This document shows positions 44,931 to 55,121 of a DNA stretch of 64,000 nt, one piece after another (positions within the stretch are counted from its first letter, which is position 1; the number at the start of each line of letters is the position of its first letter). The position numbers were made by a program, and so were the translations under genes. Source of the stretch: Escherichia phage MIZ4; the sequence record OR167180; one strand, given 5' to 3'. The notes below the pieces were generated by a model. That model saw only the letters and a list, made by a program, of their open reading frames with translations, was not told the origin of the DNA and did not search any database.

Positions 44931-47039
44931 TTAAAATTTAACATTCTTAACCAGTTTCATAAAGTCTTGTGCGCGTTTGTCGTTATGCAGAATACGATAC
45001 CAGTTATCTACAATATCATACAGTAACGGGCTATTCTCTTTAAACTTCGCACAAACTGCTTTAATTCGTTCGTTTGCTGCCGTGAATTTTTCATCACAGA
45101 TCTTTTTAGTTTCTTCGTCCATAATCCAACGAGTATGAAGGAGTAACTTGGAAACCTCTTTATTATAATGACGACCGTACAGTCTGTCAATAAATTCTGG
45201 AACACAGCGTTCTAGTTCATCGTCATGAAACAACATAGTGATCACACCCAGATATTCGCCATACCCCAGATGATTGGTCTTAACCTTCTTAGCCAGACCA
45301 GCCAGCTTACCGCGAACAAATTCTAGCGCACATTCCAATTGTTCGTCAACGAGATATTTTTGTGTCTCGTTACGAGTAATAATATACTTTGTTACCCCGA
45401 AGTAGTCAAGCGCCGTGTGTAATGTATTTTCACTATAGATCGATTTACGACTACGGCTTTCGAATGCATCACCTACGCGGAACATGTGCAAGCCGGATAA
45501 CTCGCGAATCTCTGCCGATTTCATGTGATGGCTGGTTTTATGCCAACTGTCACCAATCTTTTCCATAATATACACGTTAGGCAGCTTAGGAGTCGCTTCA
45601 CGTTGTGTGCGCTCGGTCTTCTCCGGTTTAACTGCTTTAGCACGCAGATCATCGGCCTCAGACACTTTAATCACGGTCATTTCAGAATCATCATAATACT
45701 GTTTGATGTACTCGAAAGTCTCCATATGTTTTTCGTTGCGCTGACGGAACACAAGTACCTTTTTATTGATGCCGTATTCCTGGACCATACCGTTAAGAGT
45801 CAGTGCACGCAGTTTCGGTTTATCGGTATCATCAATAAGACACGTAATATCTTCTTTATGCATCCATACAAAATGCGTAATGTTGTATTGACTGCTAACG
45901 AAAGCAGGGCGCAATTTACTGATTGTGTGACGAGTACGATACAGAGTATACACCTGACCTTCTACGTCATTAGGCGAATCTTTACCCGCATTCACAAACT
46001 TATTATAGATTGCTACCGGATCATCCCACTTCCCGATCTTACCCATCTTGCTAATAATATTGCGTTGAGTCGATGAATACTCGCTCATAAATTGCGCAAG
46101 TTTACGCTCTGTTTTAATGTTGGCGATCTTTTCTTTAACCTTTTCCAACATCATTTCATTGATTTCTGCAATACGTTTTTCGATGTTTGCTTTAGTCTCA
46201 ATTGACAAGTGAACTTCTTCACGCGATGGCATCAGGTCCAGATCACCCAACTCAAAATTAATGTAAATGGTCTGGTGCTGGCGGTTTACAGCTTCTAACC
46301 ATGTTCCGCGAACATATTCATACGGGATCGGATACTGAATCTTACCCATGATTGCATATACTACCCAGGAATCGTTATCACGCCCATTACACACATAATA
46401 ATTATCAAAGCTAGGGAAATAATTAATTTCGATTGCATTGATATTAGGTTTATGTTCCCCAAAATGACGCAGTACAAATTGCGCTTCTCGATGCCATGTC
46501 TGAATATCTTTTTCTTTCACCGGAATAGTGATTTTCAGACCATTGTCTTCATAGGTCGGTTCGTCGAAAATCTGCACCATTTTCGGCATCGAGTTTTGCA
46601 CAAATGCCGTAAAGCCATAAGCGCGACCATTGTAATAGTTTACGATTGTAAAGGTGTCGGTATAGCTATAAGCAGACTTCGCACCCAAACCAAAAGACCC
46701 GATATAGTCATTAGTCTGGTCTTTTGTTGATTCAAAGTAAACCGTAAACAGTTGTTCTAATTCTTTCTTAGACGGAATACCAGTACCATAATCACGCACA
46801 GAAAAATACGGTTCGATTGCAGTCGGTAAATGAATATCAAACGGACGATCTAAGGTTCCGGCTTCTTTGTGAGTGTCGGTAGCATTGCACGAATACTCAC
46901 GGACGCAAGCACGCTCACAATATTGATAAGTGTTCTTAGAAAGCACCATAAAAGCCTTGCTACTTGCTTTCAGTGAAAAATCAACCGCACCGCTCAAGTC
47001 ACTGCCAAATACTTCTTCATTATCAATATGCATTTTCAT
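44931..47039 (-). CDS. rIIA: rIIA protein
   Basis: ORF track; 702 aa, GHKL-like ATPase N-terminus; position adjacent to rIIB. Confidence 0.88.
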   Translation of the reverse strand: MKMHIDNEEVFGSDLSGAVDFSLKASSKAFMVLSKNTYQYCERACVREYSCNATDTHKEAGTLDRPFDIHLPTAIEPYFSVRDYGTGIPSKKELEQLFTVYFESTKDQTNDYIGSFGLGAKSAYSYTDTFTIVNYYNGRAYGFTAFVQNSMPKMVQIFDEPTYEDNGLKITIPVKEKDIQTWHREAQFVLRHFGEHKPNINAIEINYFPSFDNYYVCNGRDNDSWVVYAIMGKIQYPIPYEYVRGTWLEAVNRQHQTIYINFELGDLDLMPSREEVHLSIETKANIEKRIAEINEMMLEKVKEKIANIKTERKLAQFMSEYSSTQRNIISKMGKIGKWDDPVAIYNKFVNAGKDSPNDVEGQVYTLYRTRHTISKLRPAFVSSQYNITHFVWMHKEDITCLIDDTDKPKLRALTLNGMVQEYGINKKVLVFRQRNEKHMETFEYIKQYYDDSEMTVIKVSEADDLRAKAVKPEKTERTQREATPKLPNVYIMEKIGDSWHKTSHHMKSAEIRELSGLHMFRVGDAFESRSRKSIYSENTLHTALDYFGVTKYIITRNETQKYLVDEQLECALEFVRGKLAGLAKKVKTNHLGYGEYLGVITMLFHDDELERCVPEFIDRLYGRHYNKEVSKLLLHTRWIMDEETKKICDEKFTAANERIKAVCAKFKENSPLLYDIVDNWYRILHNDKRAQDFMKLVKNVKF

Positions 47040-47053
47040 AATATAATCCTCAC

Positions 47054-47311
47054 TTAATTAAAATCTTCTTTGTCCATCTCTGCGTAGATTACATCCCACG
47101 CCCATAAATCAATAAACGCATTATATGTCACGGTGCAATCGTTGTCAATCACTTCTTTCGCATATTTCTTGATGTTTTCGTAGGAAACTTGCGGGTCAAT
47201 TTTGTGTTTACGAAGGTGCGCATATTCATATCTCAGACATTTCATAAATAGGTCCATCGATTTCTTTTCTCGATGACACTTGGCGATCATAAAATCAAAA
47301 CTTCGACTCAT
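47054..47311 (-). CDS. hypothetical protein
   Basis: ORF track. Confidence 0.45.
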   Translation of the reverse strand: MSRSFDFMIAKCHREKKSMDLFMKCLRYEYAHLRKHKIDPQVSYENIKKYAKEVIDNDCTVTYNAFIDLWAWDVIYAEMDKEDFN

Positions 47312-47322
47312 TTTTCTACTCC

Positions 47323-47517
47323 TTATACATTTTCAATTACCCATTGCAGATGGGCTTCTGCGTCAACCAGTTCAGCGCGGCTTTTCTCTAAGCACTTGCT
47401 GTATTCTTTACGTTCCCACTCGGCAATTTCGTTTTTCAGGACTTCTTCATAGTAAGCAATTACGCCTTTCAGGTCTGAAACTTTACGGCTTGCCAATTCG
47501 ATGTAATGGTTACGCAT
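47323..47517 (-). CDS. hypothetical small protein
   Basis: ORF track. Confidence 0.4.
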   Translation of the reverse strand: MRNHYIELASRKVSDLKGVIAYYEEVLKNEIAEWERKEYSKCLEKSRAELVDAEAHLQWVIENV

Positions 47518-47704
47518 TTTGATTCTCCTTTGTTACTAGATAACGAATTTGGTCTTGCATTGCGATCAGTTCCCAGCGTGCTACTTTCATCATGGAAACT
47601 GACTCTTTGAACATAATATTAGCTTTTTCCTTCTCCCCTGTCAAGTAGATTTCTGCAATTTTTTCACAAAATTTTTGAGTTTCTTCATTCTTAAACGGTT
47701 TCAT
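47510..47704 (-). CDS. hypothetical small protein
   Basis: ORF track 47510..47713 begins at TTG; trimmed to first ATG. Confidence 0.4.
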   Translation of the reverse strand: MKPFKNEETQKFCEKIAEIYLTGEKEKANIMFKESVSMMKVARWELIAMQDQIRYLVTKENQNA

Positions 47705-47729
47705 ATAAGTCAACCTTTTGTTTTCGATG

Positions 47730-47764
47730 GGGACATTATGATATATCCCCGATCCAGTGTCAAC
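47730..47764 (-). promoter_or_regulatory. early promoter with palindrome GGGGA...TCCCC
   Basis: minus TTGACA (47759-47764). Confidence 0.4.
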
Positions 47765-47770
47765 AGATTT

Positions 47771-48070
47771 TTAATCTTTTTTCAGTGCATCCATTACTCG
47801 CTCTGCGATCAGTTCTCGTAAGCACTGATAACCATGATATTTGATGGCAATGTCACGCAGATCATTAACCAGTTCCCGTACTTCATGGTCTTTCAGATCG
47901 TCTCTGTATTTCGATTTAACCGTGTCTTTAGGTGGATTGCGGATAACCTGAAAACCTTGTTCTGCAATCACTGCGGCTTCGCGCTGGCGTTCATGTTGTA
48001 CTGTATTTTTGATCAGGTCTGCTTCCATGAACTTTGCCATACTCATCATCATGTTATTCTTTTTGCTCAT
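47771..48070 (-). CDS. hypothetical protein (99 aa)
   Basis: ORF track 47771..48151 trimmed to Met with GAGGA RBS. Confidence 0.45.
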   Translation of the reverse strand: MSKKNNMMMSMAKFMEADLIKNTVQHERQREAAVIAEQGFQVIRNPPKDTVKSKYRDDLKDHEVRELVNDLRDIAIKYHGYQCLRELIAERVMDALKKD

Positions 48071-48104
48071 TATTAAATCCTCATAAAAGAAAAGGGAGAC
48101 TCCC

Positions 48105-48132
48105 ATTATAGAGAATCTCCCTTGTCTGTCAA
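48105..48132 (-). promoter_or_regulatory. early promoter TTGACA-N16-TATAAT
   Basis: both hexamers are exact consensus on the minus strand. Confidence 0.55.
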
Positions 48133-48135
48133 GTG

Positions 48136-49959
48136 TTATGATTGCATCCAAATTTTGCGCTGATCTGCATCTTCACTATAGAGCAAATCGAATAGCTCTT
48201 TATAGTTTTCCGGTAACGTGATGATCTCCATGACAGGATCGTTGATCACGCGATGATAGTCTGATTCTGTGAGCGATGCTAAACCTTTGATATATCGAAT
48301 GTTGTAACCTTTGATATTATCTCGGTCGTTCTCGAAATCTTCTAGGTCATAATACCATCGAACATCATCACCTTTCTTTGGTTCAGCAATGATAATAGGT
48401 GTTTTGATAAACCGGATTCGTCCATCTTCGAACAATTCAGGCCAACGTGCAAAGAAAGAGATCAGACTAGGTTTAATAGACCCGATCCCGTCAGTATCAG
48501 CGTCGGTCATAATCGCAATATTTTTGTATTGCATAACTTCCAATGCATCAACACCAAATTGCAAGCCAGTGATCGCCATGATGTTAAAAATTTCGGCGTT
48601 CTTAACGATCTTTGCCTCCGGTTGTTCCCACGTTGTAAGAGTTTTGCCTCGCAACGGGAAACCTCCATGTAAATCTTGATCGCGTACAGAGATCAGATAG
48701 TTGATCGCGGAATCACCTTCCGTCAAAAACAGGGTAGTTTCTGCGTCAGTTCCAATAAGGTTAGCTTTAACGTGTTTTGCCACCTTAGCCCGTTTCGCTG
48801 CCTTTGCTGCCTTAGTCGCTGCCGCTTTATCTGCTGCCTCTTTGCGTGCCAGGACTACAGCAATAATAGGCATGATAATGTTTTCTTTCTTAGCAATGAC
48901 TTTAGCCAGCTTTTTAAAATCAAGATCAATATGACGCTTGATATCACCAGTTGGATTAGTCAATCGTTCTTTTGTCTGTGAATCAAAACGGAGGTTTGGC
49001 AATTCACGAACAATAAGAATACAGGTCAATCCAGACTTAACCGCAGCTTTAGTAACATCAACCTTATATTCTTTCTTGATTCGTTTTACAATCTCTTCAC
49101 AAAGATCATCTGTCACATAATCAACGTGTGTTCCCCCGTTTTTGGTAAACAGACCATTAGCAAAGGATACTGATTTAAAACCTTCTCCCTCGACCGCAGG
49201 AACTAGGGCAAGTGAAAAGTTTTTATCTTCAATGACAAACGGATCATCATTGTATAGTTTAGCATAATCCTTGAACTTGCTGGTTATCTTTTTTCCATTA
49301 AACTTAAACGTGATCTTAGGAAAGATTACACTTAAGGAATACATACGGTCACAAATTACATCTGAAATTTCTTGTGACATGATCATACCTTCAAAATGAT
49401 CGAAATCGGGGCAGAACGTAACCTTAGTTCCTTTCAGTTTTGACGGCTTAGATGACCAGCTAATATTTTCTGCACCATTGGTACATTGAACGGTCAGTTC
49501 ATTCTCTCCGTCACACGTCACACCAGTAAACCAGGACGAGAAAAATGATGTGAGCGCGCTTCCGATCCCATTCATACCCATAGTAACACGATTTGTATCA
49601 TCAAAGTTAGACCCTGCTTTAGCTCGTGTCCATGCAGCAACTGGTTGTGGAATCTGTTTCCCTTCTGGCGTCGTAACAATATGTTGCGGAATACCGCGAC
49701 CATTATCTGTTACTGACACAATGTTATCTTTTATATCCACACTAATAACATTAGCGTACTCAAAATTAGTGCGGATCGCCTCGTCTACAGAATTGTCGAT
49801 AATTTCATCAATAATTTTAACTAGACCGGGAACGTATGAAACTTTGGTCCATTTTCCAAATAGGAAACGATTGTGTGATTCATAAGTCGTTGACCCGATG
49901 TACATTGAAGGTCTCTTAAGACAGTGAGCGCGATCATCCAACAGCAAAAATTCAGACAT
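48136..49959 (-). CDS. 39: DNA topoisomerase II large subunit (GyrB-like), single 607-aa ORF covering T4 39 plus 60
   Basis: ORF track; Bergerat ATPase VTDNGRGIP, Toprim; length fits a fused 39/60. Confidence 0.9.
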   Translation of the reverse strand: MSEFLLLDDRAHCLKRPSMYIGSTTYESHNRFLFGKWTKVSYVPGLVKIIDEIIDNSVDEAIRTNFEYANVISVDIKDNIVSVTDNGRGIPQHIVTTPEGKQIPQPVAAWTRAKAGSNFDDTNRVTMGMNGIGSALTSFFSSWFTGVTCDGENELTVQCTNGAENISWSSKPSKLKGTKVTFCPDFDHFEGMIMSQEISDVICDRMYSLSVIFPKITFKFNGKKITSKFKDYAKLYNDDPFVIEDKNFSLALVPAVEGEGFKSVSFANGLFTKNGGTHVDYVTDDLCEEIVKRIKKEYKVDVTKAAVKSGLTCILIVRELPNLRFDSQTKERLTNPTGDIKRHIDLDFKKLAKVIAKKENIIMPIIAVVLARKEAADKAAATKAAKAAKRAKVAKHVKANLIGTDAETTLFLTEGDSAINYLISVRDQDLHGGFPLRGKTLTTWEQPEAKIVKNAEIFNIMAITGLQFGVDALEVMQYKNIAIMTDADTDGIGSIKPSLISFFARWPELFEDGRIRFIKTPIIIAEPKKGDDVRWYYDLEDFENDRDNIKGYNIRYIKGLASLTESDYHRVINDPVMEIITLPENYKELFDLLYSEDADQRKIWMQS

Positions 49960-49965
49960 ATTATA

Positions 49966-50799
49966 TCATTCTCCGTCAGTTCGTTTCAGATATTCCAATG
50001 CCGCATATAATCTCTGAGGATCGTCTTTGAACATCCCTAATCCGGCATTACATTTTCCACAAAGAACACCTCTTATCTTACCAGTCTTATGATTATGGTC
50101 AAGATGTTTCCACTTTTGGCGTTTTCTCACGCCGCATCGTTCATTTATGAATTTTACACCGCATATCTCGCAATTGTCAACTCTGCCTAAAATTTCTAAC
50201 GCTTCTCTTTTTGATATTTTTATACCATTTTCGGCATGATGATATGGCCTATCTAGTTCTCGCTCTCGCTTCTCAAACAATCGACACTCATCAGAACAAT
50301 ACTTTTGAGATACGTTTATTGCAACAAATGGTTTACCACATTTAGCGCATTCTCGTTCAATCTTTATGTTTTGTGCTTGGTCCAACGATGCGCAACGAGA
50401 ACAGCAAAATTTATGATATCCTTTAGAGTATGTATGATAATTTACAGGATTTGGGCATCTTGCACATTTAACTATTCCTGTTATTCCGTGGCGCAATCTA
50501 TAAACAGCCTCGTTATATGGTTGTTGATTTCTGAGACCTCCATTACAGAACTTAAACTCATTCCTTATAATCTGAAATTCCGCAGGATACAATTTTTCCA
50601 TTTCTGGAATTTTATTTTCTTTAAAAAGATTTGAGTTTAGTCTATTTCCGCTTTTCGCCTCCAGAACATCAACAATAAACTTTTTGATGTTCACTTTTTC
50701 TCTCCAATACATAACATAACCATAACTTACTGCAACCGCCACAAAGACGGCTGCAACAATCATATTAAAAATTGAGTGATTGTCAAGTATATGACTCAT
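49966..50799 (-). CDS. membrane-anchored protein with zinc ribbons and endonuclease VII-like His-Cys box
   Basis: ORF track; N-terminal TM; C-terminal KHLDHNHKTGKIRGVLCGKCNAGLGMF resembles T4 endo VII catalytic motif. Confidence 0.55.
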   Translation of the reverse strand: MSHILDNHSIFNMIVAAVFVAVAVSYGYVMYWREKVNIKKFIVDVLEAKSGNRLNSNLFKENKIPEMEKLYPAEFQIIRNEFKFCNGGLRNQQPYNEAVYRLRHGITGIVKCARCPNPVNYHTYSKGYHKFCCSRCASLDQAQNIKIERECAKCGKPFVAINVSQKYCSDECRLFEKRERELDRPYHHAENGIKISKREALEILGRVDNCEICGVKFINERCGVRKRQKWKHLDHNHKTGKIRGVLCGKCNAGLGMFKDDPQRLYAALEYLKRTDGE

Positions 50800-50969
50800 G
50801 ACACGCGCACATTTTTATCATAGTACCCGCCATTAATCCCGCGCGGGGCAGTTAATCCCTGTTTGCATTCTTTACCACATTCAGGGCATTCTGCCTTTTC
50901 ACGCTCGGAAATTTTGCGGATTTTCTGAAATTGACCGTGTTCTTCACAAGAATAATCGTATAATGGCAT
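50796..50969 (-). CDS. zinc-ribbon protein (FmdB-like)
   Basis: ORF track 50796..51050 trimmed to MPLYDYSCEEHGQF...CPECG. Confidence 0.45.
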   Translation of the reverse strand: MPLYDYSCEEHGQFQKIRKISEREKAECPECGKECKQGLTAPRGINGGYYDKNVRVS

Positions 50970-50970
50970 A

Positions 50971-51639
50971 TTATCCCCTTTGTTTCTTAACTGAATTTGG
51001 ATCTGGATTTTCTGGTAGGTCTTCCAGACCCATAGCATAACGTTGTGCATAGATTAGCATAAGAATATCGCGAGCGCAATCATGAATTGCATCATGTGCG
51101 ATAAAACCATCTAGCGTACCCATTGGTAACGGACACTCACACATCCCGCGATGCATCAATGTACGCTCAATGGCGGTGCGAACATCTCGGATATTCCAGA
51201 ATCGCACAGGTTCAAGGCTGAACGTCTCTCGTGTATTGTGTGCACGGCGGATCATATCAACTAGTAACGGAATATCAAACGCATTACCGCGTGACCACAA
51301 TACGGATTTAACCGGATCTACTCCTACGGCTTCACAGAATGCGTTAAAACGCGCTAAACCTTCTTTAGTTGATACTTCCGTACCATTTGTGATTAATTGC
51401 TTTCTCATGCCTTCTGAGGCGGTATTCTTCCACCATTCAACCACACCATGATCAAACACCCTTACACCTTTCTGGGAAGGAATATCAAATTTTACCAGAA
51501 AGGAATTGTCAACCAGTTCTTTAAATGTAGGTGGATTGTGCGGATCTTCTTTAAATCCGATTGCCGCCATATTGATATCCGCCCCATCAGGCGGATAACC
51601 TAAACTTTCAAAGTCAATCATTAAATCCACTGGAAGCAT
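50971..51639 (-). CDS. dexA: exonuclease A (DEDDh 3'-5' exonuclease)
   Basis: ORF track 50971..51711 trimmed to Met with GGAGG RBS; collinear with T4 DexA (IDFE..G, VEWWKN, LEPVRFWNIRDVRT, TLDGF.AHD.IHDCA.DI, RYAMGLED). Confidence 0.88.
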   Translation of the reverse strand: MLPVDLMIDFESLGYPPDGADINMAAIGFKEDPHNPPTFKELVDNSFLVKFDIPSQKGVRVFDHGVVEWWKNTASEGMRKQLITNGTEVSTKEGLARFNAFCEAVGVDPVKSVLWSRGNAFDIPLLVDMIRRAHNTRETFSLEPVRFWNIRDVRTAIERTLMHRGMCECPLPMGTLDGFIAHDAIHDCARDILMLIYAQRYAMGLEDLPENPDPNSVKKQRG

Positions 51640-51640
51640 T

Positions 51641-51883
51641 TTAAATATCCTCCGCGATATGCCGGAACAACTCCAGATCGTTTTTATCCAGAATGAAACC
51701 GCTACAATCAATAATCCCGTTACCGTAATTATCGGTTAACAGTCGTTCCGTTGCCATGTATGCGCGTACTTTGTTGTTAAAATTCATTACATGTTGTGCA
51801 TAGTCACAATGAATCTTTTGACGGTTCCACGCGACAATTGATTGTAGATGTATTACATTAGCCACATTATTAATAACAACCAT
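51641..51883 (-). CDS. hypothetical small protein
   Basis: ORF track. Confidence 0.4.
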   Translation of the reverse strand: MVVINNVANVIHLQSIVAWNRQKIHCDYAQHVMNFNNKVRAYMATERLLTDNYGNGIIDCSGFILDKNDLELFRHIAEDI

Positions 51884-51884
51884 A

Positions 51885-52052
51885 TCAAAACCCTCGCTTA
51901 GTGAAATATTCGATCATTTTATTGATACATTCAGCTTCACTGTCGCCGGATACGTTCCATCCATAATGACCCCAACTAAAACACATGGTAACAGTTCCAT
52001 TGTGACGGCGTACCGTCACATCATCAAATTCTGGGATACTTCGCATAATCAT
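51885..52052 (-). CDS. hypothetical small protein (55 aa), below ORF-track cutoff
   Basis: hand-translated MIMRSIPEFDDVTVRRHNGTVTMCFSWGHYGWNV...; GAGGAA RBS. Confidence 0.35.
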   Translation of the reverse strand: MIMRSIPEFDDVTVRRHNGTVTMCFSWGHYGWNVSGDSEAECINKMIEYFTKRGF

Positions 52053-52062
52053 AATAATTTCC

Positions 52063-53454
52063 TCAAATATAGTCTACTCGATACCGCGCACGGGTAACAC
52101 CCACATATAATAACTGCATTGCCAATTCAAAGTCAACATTGTCTGTACACATGCAAGGAGTATACAGGAACACGCGGTCTACGCTGATCCCTTGTGACTT
52201 ATGAATGGTGCAAGCTGGTAATGCTTTTACATTCAAGAACATACGCTTCATCGTCCAGAATGAATCCCAATCTGGTTTAAATTTTGGATTCTCTTTCTTC
52301 ATTTCGCGATATTGTCCGGCGACCGTATTCAGATAGATAGAGAAAATGTTCTTCTGACGTTGTTCTGTCAGAATGTTGATTTCTACCAAATCCGGTTTAT
52401 CTGTAGTGATTCCGACTGCATCTAAACCTACTTTCTGATTTAGGATTTCTTTGTCTTCGTCATCATCGACGCTTTCCACTTTCAGAGTATATCCTAAAAC
52501 TGGTTGCGGATCTACCCCCGTGCAACGTAATGTAAATTCACGCGGGATGACCTCTTTAACTCGGATCATCTCACCATTGTTAAAAATAACATTGGGAATC
52601 TTCTTCCCGCGTTCATCTCGCAGATATTCGATCAATGGTTCCTGAGTAACCAGAATTTCATCTACAATCACTGGTTCATCGGTGTTATAAACGCGCTTAC
52701 GTACAATTTCATTGAGTTTTTCGACGCTCTTGTTAGTGTAGGCCAGAATACGGTTTTCTAGAAGGTCTTCCGGCGTTTTAACGGTTTCGAAATAATGCTT
52801 CATAAACTCCGGCAGAGTTGAGCTATGGAATACACCCTCGTTACCGCACTGCTTTTCGAATACCCATTTACCGTTACGGACAGCGGTCGCCACATCAATT
52901 ATTGGTGCATTGGACCGTTTAATCTCTGTGAGTTCTACATTCTGGAATCTTTCATCGGTGAAGAAAGGAGAGATCGACGTTGCACCGCTCGGATCAACTG
53001 GTCGTAACTGGTGCGGATCGCCAACTGCAATAACAACAATTCGACCGTTGATACTCTTCATGAGAATATCAAATAGTTTCTTATCGACCATACTCGCTTC
53101 ATCCACAATGATGATCTGAACATCATCTAGCTTAGGAGTATCTTTTTGTTCAAATACTTGAGTATCTTCATAGTTGGTCGGGTTTAGTCGCAGTAGTGCA
53201 TGTAAAGTAAATGCTTGACGACCTACCGCTTTACTCAAAACTTTTTTAGCCTGGTGTGTAGGCGTTGCCAAAACCACACCAGTTACACCACGGCGGACCA
53301 TTTCCTGAACAATGAATTTCATCATTGCGGTTTTACCAGTACCCGCCGCACCCCGGACAGTTGTATGCTTCTTTTGTTCAATGCGTTTCATTAGAACATC
53401 AAAAGCATGTTTTTGCCCGTCTGTTAACATATCGAAAGTTAATACTCTGCTCAT
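52063..53454 (-). CDS. dda: Dda DNA helicase (SF1)
   Basis: ORF track; Walker A GAAGTGKT; collinear with T4 Dda (LTEIKRSNAPIIDVAT.VRNGKW, LLYVGVTR). Confidence 0.92.
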   Translation of the reverse strand: MSRVLTFDMLTDGQKHAFDVLMKRIEQKKHTTVRGAAGTGKTAMMKFIVQEMVRRGVTGVVLATPTHQAKKVLSKAVGRQAFTLHALLRLNPTNYEDTQVFEQKDTPKLDDVQIIIVDEASMVDKKLFDILMKSINGRIVVIAVGDPHQLRPVDPSGATSISPFFTDERFQNVELTEIKRSNAPIIDVATAVRNGKWVFEKQCGNEGVFHSSTLPEFMKHYFETVKTPEDLLENRILAYTNKSVEKLNEIVRKRVYNTDEPVIVDEILVTQEPLIEYLRDERGKKIPNVIFNNGEMIRVKEVIPREFTLRCTGVDPQPVLGYTLKVESVDDDEDKEILNQKVGLDAVGITTDKPDLVEINILTEQRQKNIFSIYLNTVAGQYREMKKENPKFKPDWDSFWTMKRMFLNVKALPACTIHKSQGISVDRVFLYTPCMCTDNVDFELAMQLLYVGVTRARYRVDYI

Positions 53455-53768
53455 TATCCTAAAATCCTCACCTTGCGAACACAGATAGTATTGAGTTCTC
53501 GCCGTACCCGTTCTTTTTCATATTCAGGAATTTTGTATTCTATACCATCCCGAACAATTTCAGAAGACCGGATTATACCAAATTTTCTTTTAGGCACAAC
53601 CTTGTATTTCGGTTCACCTGCTAATAGACTCTCACAATAATCTATCTGATCACACATTGACGCTAACGCAGCATCATGTGTTTCGCAAGTTAGGACGCGA
53701 CCTTTCGCGTCCACTGAGTATTGAAAGAATCCGTCTTTATCACGATAACATACAGCAAATACATGCAT
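53454..53768 (-). CDS. hypothetical protein
   Basis: ORF track. Confidence 0.45.
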   Translation of the reverse strand: MHVFAVCYRDKDGFFQYSVDAKGRVLTCETHDAALASMCDQIDYCESLLAGEPKYKVVPKRKFGIIRSSEIVRDGIEYKIPEYEKERVRRELNTICVRKVRILG

Positions 53769-54523
53769 TATAAACCTACCTTCGCTTTCATCAATTCAAT
53801 CCACGACGCATCAATCGGAAGCCCGTATTTCACGCGTTCTTTTTGTGCTGGCGTTAAGTTCTCATACTTAGAAAGAGATTCAATCAAAACGCTGGTATAT
53901 TTTAGCACGATTTCGGTATTGTTTGCAATAGCCTTAAGTTTTTCTTCTTTCTTGTTGATTTCGCTAAGGGCTTGCTTGAGATCTGCAATTTTCTGATAAC
54001 GTTCTTCCATACGGAAGAGAGTATTTTTAATCGCTCGCTCGGCTGCCTCTGCTTTCTCCGGTTCGTTGTGCTTTTTGTGGCGCTCGATTGCTAATTTCTT
54101 TTCTTCGATTGCCAGTTCCTGATTTTTGATTCGATTCTCGTTAAGTTCGATCCACTCGATGTACTTCGCACGTAGGGCAATTTCATCATCAGAAAGTTTA
54201 CCGTTAGTTCCTAGTTCCTGGATCTCTTTAAGAGATTCGATAGTGTGATTGCCACGGAAAGAATTATATTTCAGTTTAACCGGAATTACATTGCCATCAA
54301 CATATCCCAGATTGCAATCAATGCGCTCTAAGGATAGTCCATCATCACCTTCACCGAAAGCCTCACCGGAATAGGCGCAATGAGTCTGTCGGTAAATGTT
54401 ACGCACAGTGACTAAGCTCATAGAGAAGTCTTTGTTGCGACGTGAAGCACCAGCCATGATAGAGTTCAGCCGGAAAACAACCAGCGCCAATTCTTCGTTA
54501 GATTTAAAAGCAAACAGTTTCAT
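53768..54523 (-). CDS. hypothetical protein with coiled-coil C-terminus (T4 srd position)
   Basis: ORF track; position downstream of dda; E/K-rich heptad-like C-terminal half. Confidence 0.4.
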   Translation of the reverse strand: MKLFAFKSNEELALVVFRLNSIMAGASRRNKDFSMSLVTVRNIYRQTHCAYSGEAFGEGDDGLSLERIDCNLGYVDGNVIPVKLKYNSFRGNHTIESLKEIQELGTNGKLSDDEIALRAKYIEWIELNENRIKNQELAIEEKKLAIERHKKHNEPEKAEAAERAIKNTLFRMEERYQKIADLKQALSEINKKEEKLKAIANNTEIVLKYTSVLIESLSKYENLTPAQKERVKYGLPIDASWIELMKAKVGL

Positions 54524-54540
54524 AATTGATTCTCCTTAGT

Positions 54541-54581
54541 TGGCATGTGTGTATTATTGTCTATCTGGTTTGTGCTGTCAA
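54541..54581 (-). promoter_or_regulatory. early promoter (TTGACA)
   Basis: read directly. Confidence 0.4.
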
Positions 54582-54584
54582 CAC

Positions 54585-55088
54585 TTAAATTAAAGAAAAT
54601 TTGTAAATCTCTATCAGATCGCCATTACACGCGTAAACTTCCTCGATCTCATCAAGGATCATGGTCGTCCCTGTCTTGTATATGCACTCGCGCTCATCTG
54701 CCAACATAGCATACAAAGACAGTCGAGTAGTCGGATTGTCATACTCTTTAGACACCACTCGGTCAATAGCATGTTCGTAATAATTCATGCAAGGCTTGGT
54801 AGGTTTTATTGCAATAATCTTTCCTGTTGCATAAACATCGGTTGCAAAGTCCTCTGCTGTTGATTGCAGTGGCGTAAAGCTCATAGGACGCTCTACAACG
54901 AAAGAATCACCTACAATTAAGGTATCCAGCTTACGACCTTCTCTTTTGCTCACACCGCGATACAAGGCTTCATGATGCACTAACCGCTCAGTCTTTTCAA
55001 TCAATCCATTAAGGATCGACATATCGATATTTTCTTTAGAGTTCATCACCTCATCAATGATGTTAAGTTCTTCTGGTGTAAATTGCAT
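54585..55088 (-). CDS. hypothetical protein; possible mono-ADP-ribosyltransferase (T4 modA/modB position)
   Basis: ORF track; candidate R (LYRG), S-T and ExE (DERE) motifs; weak. Confidence 0.3.
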   Translation of the reverse strand: MQFTPEELNIIDEVMNSKENIDMSILNGLIEKTERLVHHEALYRGVSKREGRKLDTLIVGDSFVVERPMSFTPLQSTAEDFATDVYATGKIIAIKPTKPCMNYYEHAIDRVVSKEYDNPTTRLSLYAMLADERECIYKTGTTMILDEIEEVYACNGDLIEIYKFSLI

Positions 55089-55121
55089 AATAAAAAAGCC
55101 TCCAATCTTTCGATGGGAGGC

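Noticed and set aside
47510-47713. Start of ORF 47510..47713 as given in the track
   Set aside because: The track's first codon is TTG with no usable RBS spacing; the first ATG three codons downstream is the more plausible start.
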